Numbered from the stretch's first letter, positions 41,471-55,162 are shown. The stretch: 64,000 bases of DNA from Octopus sinensis (GCF_006345805.1 NC_043012.1:36890001-36954000), one strand, 5' to 3'. Program-made: numbers and translations. The notes: a model not told the origin generated them from the sequence alone.

Positions 41471-43791
41471 TGTGTGTGTGTGTGTGTGTGTTGTGTGTGT
41501 ATGTATATGTATATGTGTGTGTGCGTGTGCGTTTATAAGTACAAGTGAATGTGTATATATGTACTTATATTACGGCATGCCATTTCTGATAGATGGAAAG
41601 TACCTAATGAGAAAGAACACCGAATAATTATGTAACGCCTTAAAGTTACGTAATATGTGTCAGGTGCACCACTTGAAACACATGTAGTGAATAACTACCT
41701 CTGCCTTACCTTTCATTCATAGACTTAATTAACGCAAAGTAAGCAACTTTTGCATAGTAACAGTTATCGGAATTTCTGCCAAATTTCGATATGGGACGAA
41801 GTGTATTGGTTGCATTGATTGGTAAAATTTATTGATTGATTATCGTCTCGTATTGCGTTATTTATACAAGCCATGTCTATGCTAGAAGATAACCAACCGT
41901 TTTTACAACGATTTAGATCTCGCTACTTTTATCTATCTTTCTGTCTGTCTGTCTAAATACATACGTATAGATGTATATGCCTGTATATATATATATATAT
42001 ATATATATACAAACAGACATATACATATATAAGTACATCAGATACAAAGTGTGGAATAAACAACATATTAATGGTTGAGGCGAATGAGGTTGTAATTGTA
42101 GCGTGTAGAATGTGAAGCAAGAAAAGGGTGAGTTGCATATTGTAATAAGGGAATTTGGAGTGTTTCGTTATAAATAGTGTGTCGAAAATGTGTAACTGAG
42201 ATAGCGTAGATATGTGGCAGCGACACACCCTGGCAATATATATTATATACATTATATATATATATATATATATAATACATTATACACACACACACACATA
42301 CATACATTTACATATACCCACATATACGCACGTATATATGTTTATATATATAGAGATATATAAGAATTTATGTTATGTTTATGTGTTTTATACACGTGTA
42401 GTTGTGTGTCTGTTTGTCAAAGTGTGCGCGCGTGTGTGCATGTGTGTTTGTGCGAGAGAGAGAGAGAGAGAAAGAGTATGTGCGCGCGCGTGTGTGTGTG
42501 TGTGTGTGTGTGTGTCTTATGTAAACATTGTTAAGTTGTGTTCCACTGATAAAGCTAATCTGAAGTATTAATCAGAAGTGACCTCGTGACGCTTGAGATA
42601 AGAAGATTACTACGCGAGGGTCGCATTACAAAGGACTTTTTACACGGCCACCATTACAGAGCACAAAACCAAGTAGACAACAGATTCCACATTCTAAAGC
42701 TGTGATAAACGGGCGGGGAAAGACAGGGTATCACTCATAAAATATAAATATTATACAAAGATAATGACAGCCTTTCTTTCTATAGTGATGCTAGCTTTTT
42801 GACTCCAAACACTGAAAACGATAAATTTCCCATACAACATACAACTATATTATCCTAGTTTTTCCTTTTTTGACTATAAAGCCGTTCAGTGTTCAATCAC
42901 TAAAATCTTATCTTTATGCCATCTAAGGTCTGGCGGTAATTTTGATGTTATGAATCACTGATATGACCTAATAAGACCGGAACACGCATAGAGTTATCCC
43001 TATAGCTGTAAAGATCAGATTTCCCCTCTTTCACTGCAGCCTCTTATCATATGCGCCCTATTTTTTTTTTTTACCGAAGTCAAATTTAAAATTTTGGTTA
43101 TGTAGTATATCCGGACGAAATACTATCACACGTAAAATATGTTTAAGGAACGAGACGCTGTCCCTAGGATAGCCTATTTATTTAATTTAAAATAATATGA
43201 CCCAATGAGGACAATTAGGATTTCAAGATGCAAATTCACCCCTTATAGAACAACTTATTTTTTTCCATGATCACTCTATATTTATTCTAACTATCATCCT
43301 AACATTAGTTATATATATTACAATTTTATTAATAACAAATAAATTTTCTTCATTAATAATTACAGAAAGTCAAAACATTGAAACAATCTGAACAATCATG
43401 CCCAGAATCATGAAAATCAAATCCTTTTAATAAAAAAAACTGGTCAAAGCTGCAGACAGAATATTTATAACTTGATGATTATGATAATGATGATGAGGAT
43501 GATAATGTAGTAGTAATGGTGGTGGTAGTTGTAGTAGTTGTAGCAGGAGTAGTAGTAGGGCAAGCAACAAGACACGTTTCAGGCCTCGGTTGGTCAACTG
43601 ACAATTGGTCGGTATATGTCTGTGCTGGTCTGAGCATTGGCGACGACGTCGAAAAATGTGGCTACGTGTCCCATGGGCAGCCTTCACATTTTTCTATCAG
43701 AACTTTTAAAACAAACTGTCACGCGTCATTATTTATAGCTTTATCTGCTTCGAGGTTCACCGTTCCTAAAAATTACACACACACACACACA

Positions 43792-43879
<88 letters not shown>

Positions 43880-43892
43880 CACACACACACCA

Positions 43893-44226
43893 AAGGCGAA
43901 TGGCTCAGTGATTTGAGCGTTGGGCTCACAATCACGAGGTAGTGAGTTCAATCCTGGGACCGAGTTCGATTCCTGGTCTGGACTGTGTGTTGTGTTCTTG
44001 AGCAAAACACTTTATTTCACGTTACTACAGTTCACTCGGCTGTAGAAATGAGTTATGACGTCACTGGTGCCAAGCTGTATCGGCCTTTGCCTTTTCCTTG
44101 GATATCATCAGTAGAATCGAGAGGGGGTCTGGTAGGCATGGGCGACTGCTGGTCTTTGTCTGGACTTGTGCCTTGGAGGGGAACTTTCTAGGGGCAATTC
44201 CATGGCCATTCATGATCGAAGAGGGC
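43893..44226 (+). mobile_element. SINE family C
   Basis: Colinear with 25217-25550; the B-box region is duplicated (gagttcaatcctgg...gagttcgattcctgg). Confidence 0.85.
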
Positions 44227-44400
44227 CATGCTGGAGCACCGCTTTTAGTCGAACATATCGATCCCAGGACTTATTCTTTGTAATCCTAGTACTTATTCTA
44301 TCGGTCTCTATTGCTGAACAGCTAAGTTGCGGGTACGTAAACACATCAACATCGGTTGTCAAGTGACCGCAAGGGAGAAATACAGACACACACACATATT

Positions 44401-44433
<33 letters not shown>

Positions 44434-44585
44434 CGACAGGCTTCTTTCAGTTTCCGTCTTCCAAATCCATTCAGAAGACTTTGGTCGACCCGAGGCTATA
44501 GTAGAAGACTCTTGCCCAAGGAGCCACGCAATGGGACCGAACCCGGGGCCATGTGGTTAGGAAGCACGCTACTTACCACACAGCC
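44224..44585 (-). mobile_element. SINE family B, joined tail-to-tail with the family C copy
   Basis: ggccatgctggagcaccgc...cttgcccaag...cttaccacacagcc. Confidence 0.85.
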
Positions 44586-44589
44586 TGGA

Positions 44590-44767
44590 TTTACCTGTCA
44601 ATACTAATAATTAAAGGTATACCATAGACCCCTCATATTTCCCTTCCTCGCAGACCAGCCTTACCTGTCGAGTGTAATGATTAAAGGTACATATAGTCTG
44701 CATCCCTCATATTTTCCCACCCCCAGATCAATTTTACCTGTCTGTTGTTAATATAATTAAAGGTATA
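44590..44767. repeat. Degenerate ~70-bp tandem repeat x3
   Basis: ttacctgtc...taattaaaggta...ccctcatattt.ccc starting at 44591, 44661 and 44733. Confidence 0.7.
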
Positions 44768-45229
44768 TCTTAGAATATGTAAACAAATAACGAACAAGAC
44801 ATTAATTCCATCTCCGTTAATTAGTCTATTGATGTTTCTGATAAATATGTGTTGTTCAATTAACAGGTGTCAATAGATAAACAATTCTATCTGTTGATGA
44901 GGTTTATGCCAATGTGTGTGGGTGTGTGTGGGATTTGAAGTGCGGTACGATAAAAGATGTGTGTGGGTGTGTTTCTTTTTGACTATGATGAGAATGTCAA
45001 AGGTAAGAGAGATAATAACACGGAAGAAATTGAGTCACGTTGAGGGGTGGGGTGGGGTGGAGAAAAAGGGTGTGTGTGTGGGTGTAGTTTAGATAGAGTT
45101 ATGGGTAGATAAGTAGATAGGTAAGCTGATACATGAATAGGTAGATAGACAGATAGATATACGCATATAGATACATGCATGCATATACACATACATACAC
45201 ACTCACACACACAAATATATATATATTTC

Positions 45230-45297
<68 letters not shown>

Positions 45298-45440
45298 GGA
45301 TTATTACGAAGTGGTTTAGAGTTACATTTAATTCCTTTATATATATATATATGCTTGTTAATATATATATGCTTGTTAATATATATATGTATGTATTCAT
45401 GTATATGTATATGTATATATATGTATATTATATATATTTA

Positions 45441-45484
<44 letters not shown>

Positions 45485-45705
45485 TGTATATATAGTATAA
45501 TATATATATATATGTATATATATAATATATTATATATAAATTGTATATATATATATATTATATCTATATATATACATATTATAATATACAATATATATAT
45601 ATACATATTATATATATATATATATATATAGCTATATAATATATATCCATATATTATATATATATATATAATATATATATATATACATATATATATACAT
45701 ATACA

Positions 45706-46645
45706 AAGTCTCGCAGAAAATACAGAACCCCAGCAATGTTGCACACCTGCAGCAGGAGTTGGAGTCAATCTACAGATGGGCTGAGGATAATAATATGCAG
45801 TTTAATGCTGAAAAATTCCAGGCCCTGCACTACCAGCATCCAAAACTGAATATTAAACTTACAGGATACACCGGTCCACAAGGAATTTCAATCCCAGAGC
45901 CTAAGTCTGTGAGGGACCTGGGTATCAACATGAGTGATGATACCTCTTTCAAAGTGCACATTACCAGGATGGCGACAAAGTGCAGACGACTGGTTGGATG
46001 GATCCTAAGAACATTCAGAGCCAGAGATAAGGAAACCATGATGGTCCTCAGCCGCCTGGATTACTGCTCACAGCTATGGTCACCTATCAGTGTAAAATTA
46101 ACAGCGGACCTTGAAGCAATCCAGAGAAGATTCACAAAGATCGTCTCTTTGGAACAGCTCAGCTACTGGGAAAGGTTGAAACAGCTAAGACTCTACTCCT
46201 TAGAGAGAAGACGGGAGAGGTATGCAGTAATATATGTCTGGAATATCCTGGAAGGAATTGTGCCAAATTTTGGCATTGTAAGCTACACCAATGCTAGAAC
46301 GGGACGACACTGCATAGTGCCAAAGATCCCAGCAATGCGATCACGCTTCAGGACCAGCTTCTGCAACAGCCTGGTTTCAGGACCCACAGCTTTTAATATT
46401 CTCCCAAAGCGTTTGAGGAACTGCACAAAGTAGAGTAGATGTAGCAGAGTTTTTAAATCAAAGCTGGACATCTTCCTGTCGAGAGTTCCAGATGAACCTA
46501 CCTCACGGCAAGAGGTGCAAATGAGAGTAGCTATGTCAAACTCCATTCTTCACAAGTGCCACATATTAGAGGAGGTTCTTCATAGTAGCAGTGTAACACA
46601 AAACGGCGGTGCATCAGCATGGTCGCAGCTCTGAGCTGAAACAAG

Positions 46646-46648
<3 letters not shown>
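45706..46648 (+). mobile_element. CR1-like LINE, 5'-truncated (RT C-terminus and 3' UTR)
   Basis: WAEDNNMQFNAEKF...VRDLGI...RLDYCSQLWSP...LEAIQRRFTK...SYWERLK.LRLYSLERRRER; inserted in (TA)n. Confidence 0.9.
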
Positions 46649-46721
<73 letters not shown>

Positions 46722-46989
46722 AGTTCCATATTATGAAGTTTCTGATTATGTATTCGTCTGTATATTCTCTGAAGAAAGGATGACACTCCGAAACGTCATA
46801 TTTTTCAGTGTCCCTTACTGGTCAACTAACCACTGTATTTCATTTACGACAACTTTGTGTTTAATGAGCAGCATAAAACATTATAGACATTAACAAGGAA
46901 CCGATAGTATAGAAGGCCTGGGACAGGGCGCGAACTACGCATCTGTCGCATTCCGATCAATGACACTGCAAGGTTATTGAGTGCCTGAG

Positions 46990-47695
46990 GTTTCTTTCTC
47001 TGTCTCTCTGTGTGTCTTTCAGTGTGCCTCTCTCTATATGTCTCTCTCTATATGCCTCTCTCTGTATGTGCCTCTCTCTCTCTCTCTCTCTGTGCCTCTC
47101 TCTCTCTGTGCCCCTCTCTCTCTGTGCCTCTCTCTCTATGCCCCTCTCTTCTTGTGCTTCTCTCTATGCCTCTCTCTTTCTGTGCCTCTCTCTCTATCTC
47201 CCTCTCTCTCTCTGTCTCTCTGTGCCCCTCTCTCTGTGCCTCTTTCTCTCTCTGTGCTTCTCTCTCTGTGCCTTTCTCTCTCTCTCTCTGTGCCCCTCTC
47301 TCTCTCTGTGCCTCTCTCTCTGTGCCCCTCTCTCCCTGTGCCTCTGTCTTTCGGTGCCTCTCTCTCTCCCTTTCTCTCTCTGTCTCTCTGTGCCTCTTTC
47401 TCTCTCTGTGCTTCTCTCTCTGTGCCTTTCTCTCTCTGTGCCTTTCTCTCTCTCTCTCTGTGCCTTTCTCTCTCTCTCTGTGCCCCTCTCTCCCTGTGCC
47501 TCTCTCTCTGTGCCTCTCTCTTTCTGTGCCTCTCTCTCTCCCTCGCTCTCGCTCTGTCTCTCTGTGCCTCTTTCTCTGTGCTTCTCTCTGTCTGCCTTTC
47601 TCTCTCTCTGTGCCTCATTCTCTCTCTCTGTGCCTCATTCTCTCTCTCTGTGCCTCTCTCTCTCTCTGCCTCTCTTTCCCTCTCACACTTTCTCT
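46990..47695. repeat. (CT)n-GTGC compound satellite
   Basis: Repeated ctctctctgtgc units; source of the ORFs at 46981-47736. Confidence 0.92.
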
Positions 47696-47779
47696 CCGAT
47701 AAATTACTGCACAAAAGTATTATAGTGACAAAGTAACAATTCTACCTTCATAAATATTTCTTTTATTATCTCAAGCTAG

Positions 47780-47851
<72 letters not shown>

Positions 47852-47970
47852 CACATACATACACACACACACACACAATATATATATATATACATATACA
47901 TATAATATATATATATATATACACATACACACATATATACATATATAATATATAATATATATATACACAC

Positions 47971-48032
<62 letters not shown>

Positions 48033-48515
48033 GTATATGATACATACATACACACACACACACAAACATATATATACGTGTATGTGTGTGTTTAAATATA
48101 AATATATATTTGTATTTACACGTATTATGCGTGTATCTGTACAGACACACACACACATACACACACACACACACACACTCATACACACACTCAGACATAC
48201 ACACACACACACACTCAGACATACACACACACACACACACACACTCAGACATACACACACACACACACACACAAACAGAGGCTGGGAGTAAAGGAGATTT
48301 ATGTGTGCGGTTCGACACGGAGGGATGGACGTATAACTGTTGATCATTTGGTAAATTTAAGAAAGAGAGAAGTGGGGGCCATTTTAGGATGGCGGAGGAG
48401 GGAGCAGTGACGTGAAATGGGACGGAGGGGTGAAGTGGGTCGTGGTGGGGGAAGGGAGGGGGGGCAATAACTGTCAGGTCCTTTTCGGACCGAGAGTAAT
48501 CTTAGCAATATCATT

Positions 48516-48529
48516 GTTACCATAGCAAC
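48516..48529. promoter_or_regulatory. RFX X-box motif
   Basis: GTTACCATAGCAAC matches GTTNCCATRGNAAC; lies in GC-richer unique sequence. Confidence 0.4.
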
Positions 48530-49094
48530 GCTACGATAAAAATAGTTCGATGTGATAATAAATTATGGTAAGGAGTGAGAGAGGTTGTGTGGTGGTTGTG
48601 GTGGTTGTGGTGGTGGTGGTGGTGGTGGTTGTGGTTGTAGTGGGGCTGTTGAAAAATTTAACGAGACTTCGGTCAAGTGGAAAGATAGAAGAGATGATAA
48701 GAAACATTTTTTTAGGGATGTTCACGGATGGAAGTAATTAATGAGTTACATAAATACAAAACTGGAAAAACAAGAGAGATATATCTTCTGTTCAAATAGA
48801 AGATATATGATGGAGCGGAATAAATAATTGCTGAGAGATAAGAACGATAAATAGATTATAAGGAAGATGACGGGGCGAAATCTAGAAGGAAAATATTTCA
48901 TTTGGTTTTTGTCGGCGACCATGATATTTCAGTTGGTCGGTCGGAGAAACAACCAGATTAATTAATTTTGTGTGTAAGTAGCTGAATACTCCACAGATTC
49001 CAGTCTTGTGTACTCTTAAATGTAATTCTAAAGCCGAATCAGAATGTGACAGAATGTGTGAGAAGGTCGACGCTTTCGAATTACGATGGTGCCT

Positions 49095-49325
49095 ATTTCT
49101 TTATTACCCACAAGGGGCTAAACATAGAGAGGACAAACAAGGACAGACATAGGTATTAAGTCGATTACATCGACCCCAGTGCGGAACTGGTACTTAATTT
49201 ATCGACACCGAAAGGATGAAAGGCAAAGTCAACCTCGGCGGAATTTGAACTCACAACGTAACGGCAGACGAAATACCGCGAAGTATTTCATCCGGCGTGC
49301 TAACGTTTCTGCCAGCTCGCCGCCT
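49095..49325 (-). mobile_element. SINE family A, full length with TSD
   Basis: Flanked by a repeated tttcgaattacgatggt(g/a)cc at about 49074 and 49325. Confidence 0.92.
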
Positions 49326-49658
49326 TTCGAATTACGATGGTACCGCCGGGATGTGACTTGAAGCTGCATTCGCTGATGGAGTTCTGGTTGGGGAGCTCCA
49401 GAGTTTCGAGAAGCTGTGGTACCTTTTATTAGCCCCGCCCCACTCCGGGTCAACTCTGACTCGCAGTAGGATGAGTAACATCTGTTAGGGTCCCAACTAT
49501 GGATTAATTAGCATGTCACGGAATTCCCTCCGTAAGGAGGTTCACTCACGCACATCTCAGTGAGCCCAGGGTGAAAGAGGCCCTTCAGTTCTTCAGCCGT
49601 CCATCTAAGAAAAGTTAACTTCATGCAACCACTGGGCTCATGGTACTTGATGCATCAA

Positions 49659-49891
49659 AAGGCAGCGAGCTGGCTGAAGCATTAGCACGCCGGGCGAAAT
49701 GCTTAGCAGTATTTCCTCTGCCGCTACGTTCTGAGTTCAAATTCCGCCAAGGTCAACTTTGCCTTTCATCATTTCGGGGTCGATTAAATTAGTACCAGTT
49801 ACGCACTGGGGTCGATATAATCGACTTAATCCGTTTGTCTGTCCTTGTTTGTCCTCTCTGTGTTTAGCCCCTTGTGGGTAGTAAAGAAATA
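49659..49891 (+). mobile_element. SINE family A, full length with TSD
   Basis: Flanked by ggtacttgatgca at about 49642 and 49892. Confidence 0.92.
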
Positions 49892-50366
49892 GGTACTTGA
49901 TGCACCTAACCAATACAAGTTTGAAGGACGTGAGAGCCGGACTGTCAGCACTGGATTAACTATTGCCCACTCTAATAATATTTATCGTTCAGATTGATTA
50001 GCAAACCGAGACACCAACACGCAGCTGGGTCCTGCTGAACTGTCATTCGTCGAAGTGACGAGAAAGTTCACCATAAAAATGGGCTTCTGCACAATTTCCA
50101 TTTCCCACAAATCATTCACACAATATAGGTCAACACGAAGTTATGTTTTGCCCAAGATGTCACGCAACAGAATCGAAAGCAGAACATCATGGTTACACAG
50201 GAGACATCTTAAACATTTATTTATTTTGGTTTTGTGAAAAAATGTGCTTTAGCCACAAATTCGCCTGGATCGAGTAGATCAATGAAAACAGTCGTTCCAT
50301 CCGTGTCCATTTCGTCTTTTTATTCTCGATGTTGCAAAATATCGGGTAGCGAAGTATAGAAATCGC

Positions 50367-50403
<37 letters not shown>

Positions 50404-51846
50404 AGCTGGAATCTAGGGAGACCAGTTAGTTTCTGAAACGGTGAGAAACAGTGAATAAAATTGATAAAATAAGTTTATATTCTGTGAAGGAAAGGTAAGA
50501 TCTGATGGTTAGGAGAAAGTTCCTATCAATTACTTGTTAATTACGCGTTAATAACGTGTGTAGTGATGAGAAGAGATAGTTTAGAAGCTTCGAGAAAAGG
50601 TAAAAAATGGTGTGCAGAGAGGAACGGTCAACGCTATCCACGATAATAGTCAAAGACTCGTCTCCCTGCAAAACATTGCCCCCCACCCCACACTGCCCTA
50701 TCCTGAATACCCTATCCTATATCCCCTATTCTACATCCCACCCCCTGTGTCTTAGACACCACTCTAATCACATGGTCATCCCAAACACTCAAGTTCCTTA
50801 TTCCTTAGAAAATTCTACAAATTAACTATGCTTTTGTGATTCAACTTTCATCTGTAATCTCCCACAACAAAGCCGGGGTTTCCGCCTTTAAAATTCCTCT
50901 CAGCGTTTAGGAAACTTATATTATGCCATTAAAATACAGGTACGTGGCATTATATTCCTTCAGTTCCCATTACAACATCCTTTCTCTAATATTATACGGT
51001 GAACAAATATTGAAATGCGTTGTGTCTTACAGCAAACCATTCGCTCTTGCGCTCTCTCTTTAAGAACCAAAAATGGTTGCCGAAAGGCGAATTATTCTAA
51101 TCCATTAATCCTCCTTGTTAAACAATACAAAGCGATTTTAGCTCTCAAGCTCTAAGTTATTCAAATGTGGAATTATATTTTACCATTCCTTGTTAAATCC
51201 TTTATCCATTGTTTGCTGTATATATAAAAGCAAAAACGTTTCATGTATGAAGCTACGAAAACCAAGGAAATTTAGTATTACCAATACCAATGCATAGAAA
51301 TACCAATACATCTAGTAATGTGTCTTGCTATAATCCCCATTCGAAAGCTTAAAACATCTCCGAACATGGTCGTACATCTAAAACCATGGCATTTATAGCT
51401 CTAATCCATAGTACACGACTGTGAATTCTTGGTTATTCTTAAGACTTACATCTTCCAATTTTCGAGGTTATCCAAAACAATAAACCCAGCATTTGTATTC
51501 TTATTCTCCCAAAACATTTTAGAAATTAACAGAGATTTTTATTTGATTCTTAACTGTAATCTACCAGAATACATTCGAGGTTTCTTTCTTTCTGCCTAAT
51601 CTCAAATGACAGATTTAGATTTCTGTAACAACATGCAACAATCGCAGACATTCTGTGGATTCTTATGGATCTCACCATTATTGATGGCTGCCTATCGTTT
51701 GTACGACGTTAAAGATTATTATTTTTCAATGCTGTGACAGTCTTTAGTGTTTCGGACTTGTTTTACATACAAACCCTTCCGGAGTCAATGTTATCGTTGA
51801 TACAATTTAAAGTGTTATCTGTTCACCATGGACAGTAGGCGATTCA

Positions 51847-52155
51847 CAGGGGTCGGCGAACCTGGGTAAATTACCACAAGTAGGGTAAAAATGAAATTCT
51901 TGGGGGTAATGAGGACTCATTAGACATAAGTAAAATTACATAAAAAATGTGTTCCTTATTATGACAGAATTTTTTCTCCTGGCAACACTGTATCTGTCCA
52001 ATGTAATGGACGAAGAAATAGATTCGTATAAAAAGATTCAATAAATGTTTTGAATTCAAAGAATCGATAATTTTCTTCCTTTCAAAACAAGGGGGTAACG
52101 TGGCGTAAATAAATATATTTTGGGGTAATTGATTAAAAATGTTCCTCGTTCCCTG
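51847..52155. mobile_element. Possible hAT-type MITE
   Basis: Starts caggggtcggcgaacct and ends ...gttcctcgttccctg; internal ggggtaat repeats; no clear 8-bp TSD. Confidence 0.5.
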
Positions 52156-52238
52156 AACTAAACCCTTTCGTGAGGTAACGAGGGAGTCTCTACGTAGTTA
52201 ATAAGTGCGAGCCTGTATGTGTGTATGCCATTGCTCTG

Positions 52239-52471
52239 AAGGCGGCGAGCTGGCAAACTCGTTAGCGCGCCGGGCGAAATGCTTAGCGGTATTTCGTCTG
52301 TCGTTATGTTCTGAGTTCAAATTCCGCCGAGGTCGACTTTGCCTTTCATCCTTTCGGGGTCGATAAATAAAATACCAGTTTCGCACTGGGGTCGATGTAA
52401 TCGACTTAATCCTTTTGTCTGTCCTTGTTTGTCCCCTCTATGTTTAGCCCCTTGTGGGTAGTAAAGAAATA
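52239..52471 (+). mobile_element. SINE family A, full length
   Basis: aaggcggcgagctggca...gttctgagttcaaattccgccgaggtcgactttgcctttcatcctttcggggtcg...gtaaagaaata. Confidence 0.92.
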
Positions 52472-52996
52472 TATATATTGTGTGTGAGTATAATCTATAC
52501 ACACACATATATAGCTGTGTGTGTATTTTCCAAGAGAACGATGTTAAGGATCCTTGTGATGCTTCAGGATTCTTCATTGCGCACCAATTCGATGAGATTT
52601 AGCGGTTGGGAGTAAGCGGGCTTTGTTCTGCCATTCCCCAGCATCCTCAGGCTTTAGAAAACCAAAAAAAAAAAAACCCTCTTATTACATAGCCCTGCGT
52701 ATTCATGAAGGAAATAAACACAAATGCAAATTTATAGCCTAGACCTGTTAGAAATAGCAGTCACATCTTATCGCCCTCAAACGACATCCTTTCATTTTAA
52801 AATGTAATGGACATATTAGACAATGTAACCCTCCAAGGTAAGCTGTACTCGAAGATGAATTGACTAGCTGGTACTCCGTCGGTTACGACGACGAGCATTC
52901 CTAATGATCCGATCAATGGAAGACTCTACCCATGAAATTAATGTGCAAGCGACTGAGTACTCCACAGACATGCGTACCCCTTAAAGTAGTCCTCAG

Positions 52997-53096
52997 NNNN
53001 NNNNNNNNNNNNNNNNNNNNNNNNNNNNNNNNNNNNNNNNNNNNNNNNNNNNNNNNNNNNNNNNNNNNNNNNNNNNNNNNNNNNNNNNNNNNNNNN
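52997..53096. other. Assembly gap (100 N)
   Basis: Run of 100 Ns. Confidence 1.
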
Positions 53097-53372
53097 TAAA
53101 CTGAACTGTCGAAAGTACCCGACATGTTCCGAGCTTATCATACCTCTTCGGCAAAGCATGTTCGATTCAGGGCTTCTGTGACTGATTAGAGAAAGGGTGG
53201 TATTCACCCTTAAATTAAAGACCTGGCCTATATGTTTACAACTGGGTAAACGCCACTTATAGCACATAAGGCTTATGTAGTGGTTGTGAGGATAAGTGTT
53301 AGATGGCCTGAAGAGAGTGGAGAGAGCTGGAGGGGAGAGCGGGTAATCTCATGGAGATACTTAATATCTTGC

Positions 53373-53413
<41 letters not shown>

Positions 53414-53585
53414 TATATATATATATATATAATATATATGCGTGCGTATGTGTGTGTGTATGTATGCATGTATGTATTATTAAGAAAGAAAAAAATAAGT
53501 TCCAAAAGAAAATTCAAACTTTTTGAGATCCAAAGAGAAAATATATATACTCACATACATGGACATACGCAGATTCCGACAACAT

Positions 53586-53662
<77 letters not shown>

Positions 53663-53677
53663 ATATATATATTATAT

Positions 53678-53972
53678 TACAAATAAGAAATGGAGGAATA
53701 GATTCATTTCAATCATCGACTTACAGATATTACCAATTCATATGAATTGGGTAATATCTGTAAGTCGATGATTGAAATGAATTTGTCCTCCATTTTTATT
53801 TGTATTATGAATTTGAGGTAAACTATTTTACCTTCGCCATATAATACATAAATGAATTAATTGCATTGCAATTATAAGCATTTATGTATTTGGCATTGGG
53901 TGCTTCACCAGCATATATATGGATAACTGATATCCATAGTGGGTTACACTCATAACCCCTATCTCACTTTGT
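53678..53972. repeat. Multi-hairpin element in (TA)n with a ~127-bp near-perfect palindrome
   Basis: Palindrome at 53678-53804 centred on ttcat|atgaa, followed by four smaller stem-loops. Confidence 0.85.
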
Positions 53973-54162
53973 ATATATATATATATATATAAACTTTAAA
54001 GTGCTGATTGAATTAGTACTTTACAGAAAATAAAGGAATTCTCGAACGCTTAGAAGACGGTAAACGAAAAGTGGCAGCCAGCTGCTACAGAGAATCGAAC
54101 ACTGTACTTCTCCAGTTCGTGTCCCCTGACAACAGGTGTTGTCTTTTATGAAACTAAATAAT

Positions 54163-54577
54163 TATTTCTTTATTGTCAACAGGGGTTAAACATAGAGGGA
54201 TCAAACAAGAGCAGATACAGGGATTAAGTCGATTATATCGACTCCAGTGCGTAACTAGTACTCATTTAATCGACCCCGAAAGGATGAAAGGTAAAGTCGA
54301 CCTCGGCGGAATTTGAACTCAGAACGTAGTGGCAGACGAAATACCTATCTCTTTACTATCCACAAGGGGCTAAACACAGAGAGGACAAACAAGGACAGAC
54401 AAAGAGATTAAGTCGATTATATCAACCCCAGTGCGTAACTGGTGCTTATTTTATCGACCACGAAAGGATGAAAGGCGAAGTCGACCTCGGCGGAATTTGA
54501 ACTCAGAACGTAACGGCAGACGAAATATTGCTAAGCATTTCGCCCGGCGTGCTAACGTTTCTGCCAACTCATCGCCT
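54163..54577 (-). mobile_element. Tandem SINE family A pair
   Basis: A truncated copy (54163-54345) abuts a full copy (54345-54577). Confidence 0.88.
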
Positions 54578-55066
54578 TATTTATGAACTTAAATTATAGC
54601 TTTTGGAATGTTCGAACATTTTTTTATTAATAATCGGAATTCGTGAGGTACAGGGTTCGATTCTACGTAGCAGCTTGCCGGTCAAGTTTTTCCGTCTTCC
54701 AAAGGTATTTGCCCGATCTTCTAAGCTGGTTTCACAACTATTCGGCGTTCAAGAGTTTCCTAAGAGAGTGAAGAAAGCTAAAGGGGAGAGTGGGTAATCT
54801 CATGGGGATATATATATATATATATTATATATATATATATATACAGCCCTAGAATATTGCCTCTGATTTATAATCCTACCGGTTAATGACCCTCTACTAT
54901 TGGTGTTGTTATTGCTCTTATTTTGGACGTACCTACTTCGGTGTAAGAGAAGTGTGGATTCGTACATCCATGGTTGGGTTCTCTCTGTCTCCTGCTGCAC
55001 TGTGTGGCATGCGAACTTATTAACTGCTCGTATATACTTGGCCTTTCAACATCTGTCCCATTTATT

Positions 55067-55162
55067 GTGTATCACCGATGAGGTCAAGTGCAAGGTTTTA
55101 TAATGTTTCTACAACTGTTATGTAATCCTTACAGTATTTTACTGAAACGCGTGTATGTTCAC
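55067..55162 (+). ncRNA. Variant type I hammerhead motif
   Basis: gtgtatca-CCGATGA-[62-nt stem II including aagg/cctt]-GAAAC-gcgt-GTA-tgttcac. The core has a U4C variant and stem I is imperfect. Confidence 0.6.

Noticed and set aside
46768-46797. Hammerhead core CTGAAGA-aagga..tcc-GAAAC-GTC
   Set aside because: Core words are present but the flanks form no stem I; at most a relic, so not called as a feature.
46981-47736. Overlapping 230-250 aa ORFs
   Set aside because: The (CT)n-GTGC satellite lacks stop codons by composition.
50254-50280. acaaattcg resembling miR-10 family sequence
   Set aside because: Only a 9-nt match and no precursor hairpin.
51150-51700. Possible minus-strand Penelope RT relic (IHKNP-like motif near 51670)
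   Set aside because: A single short motif; too decayed to support a call.
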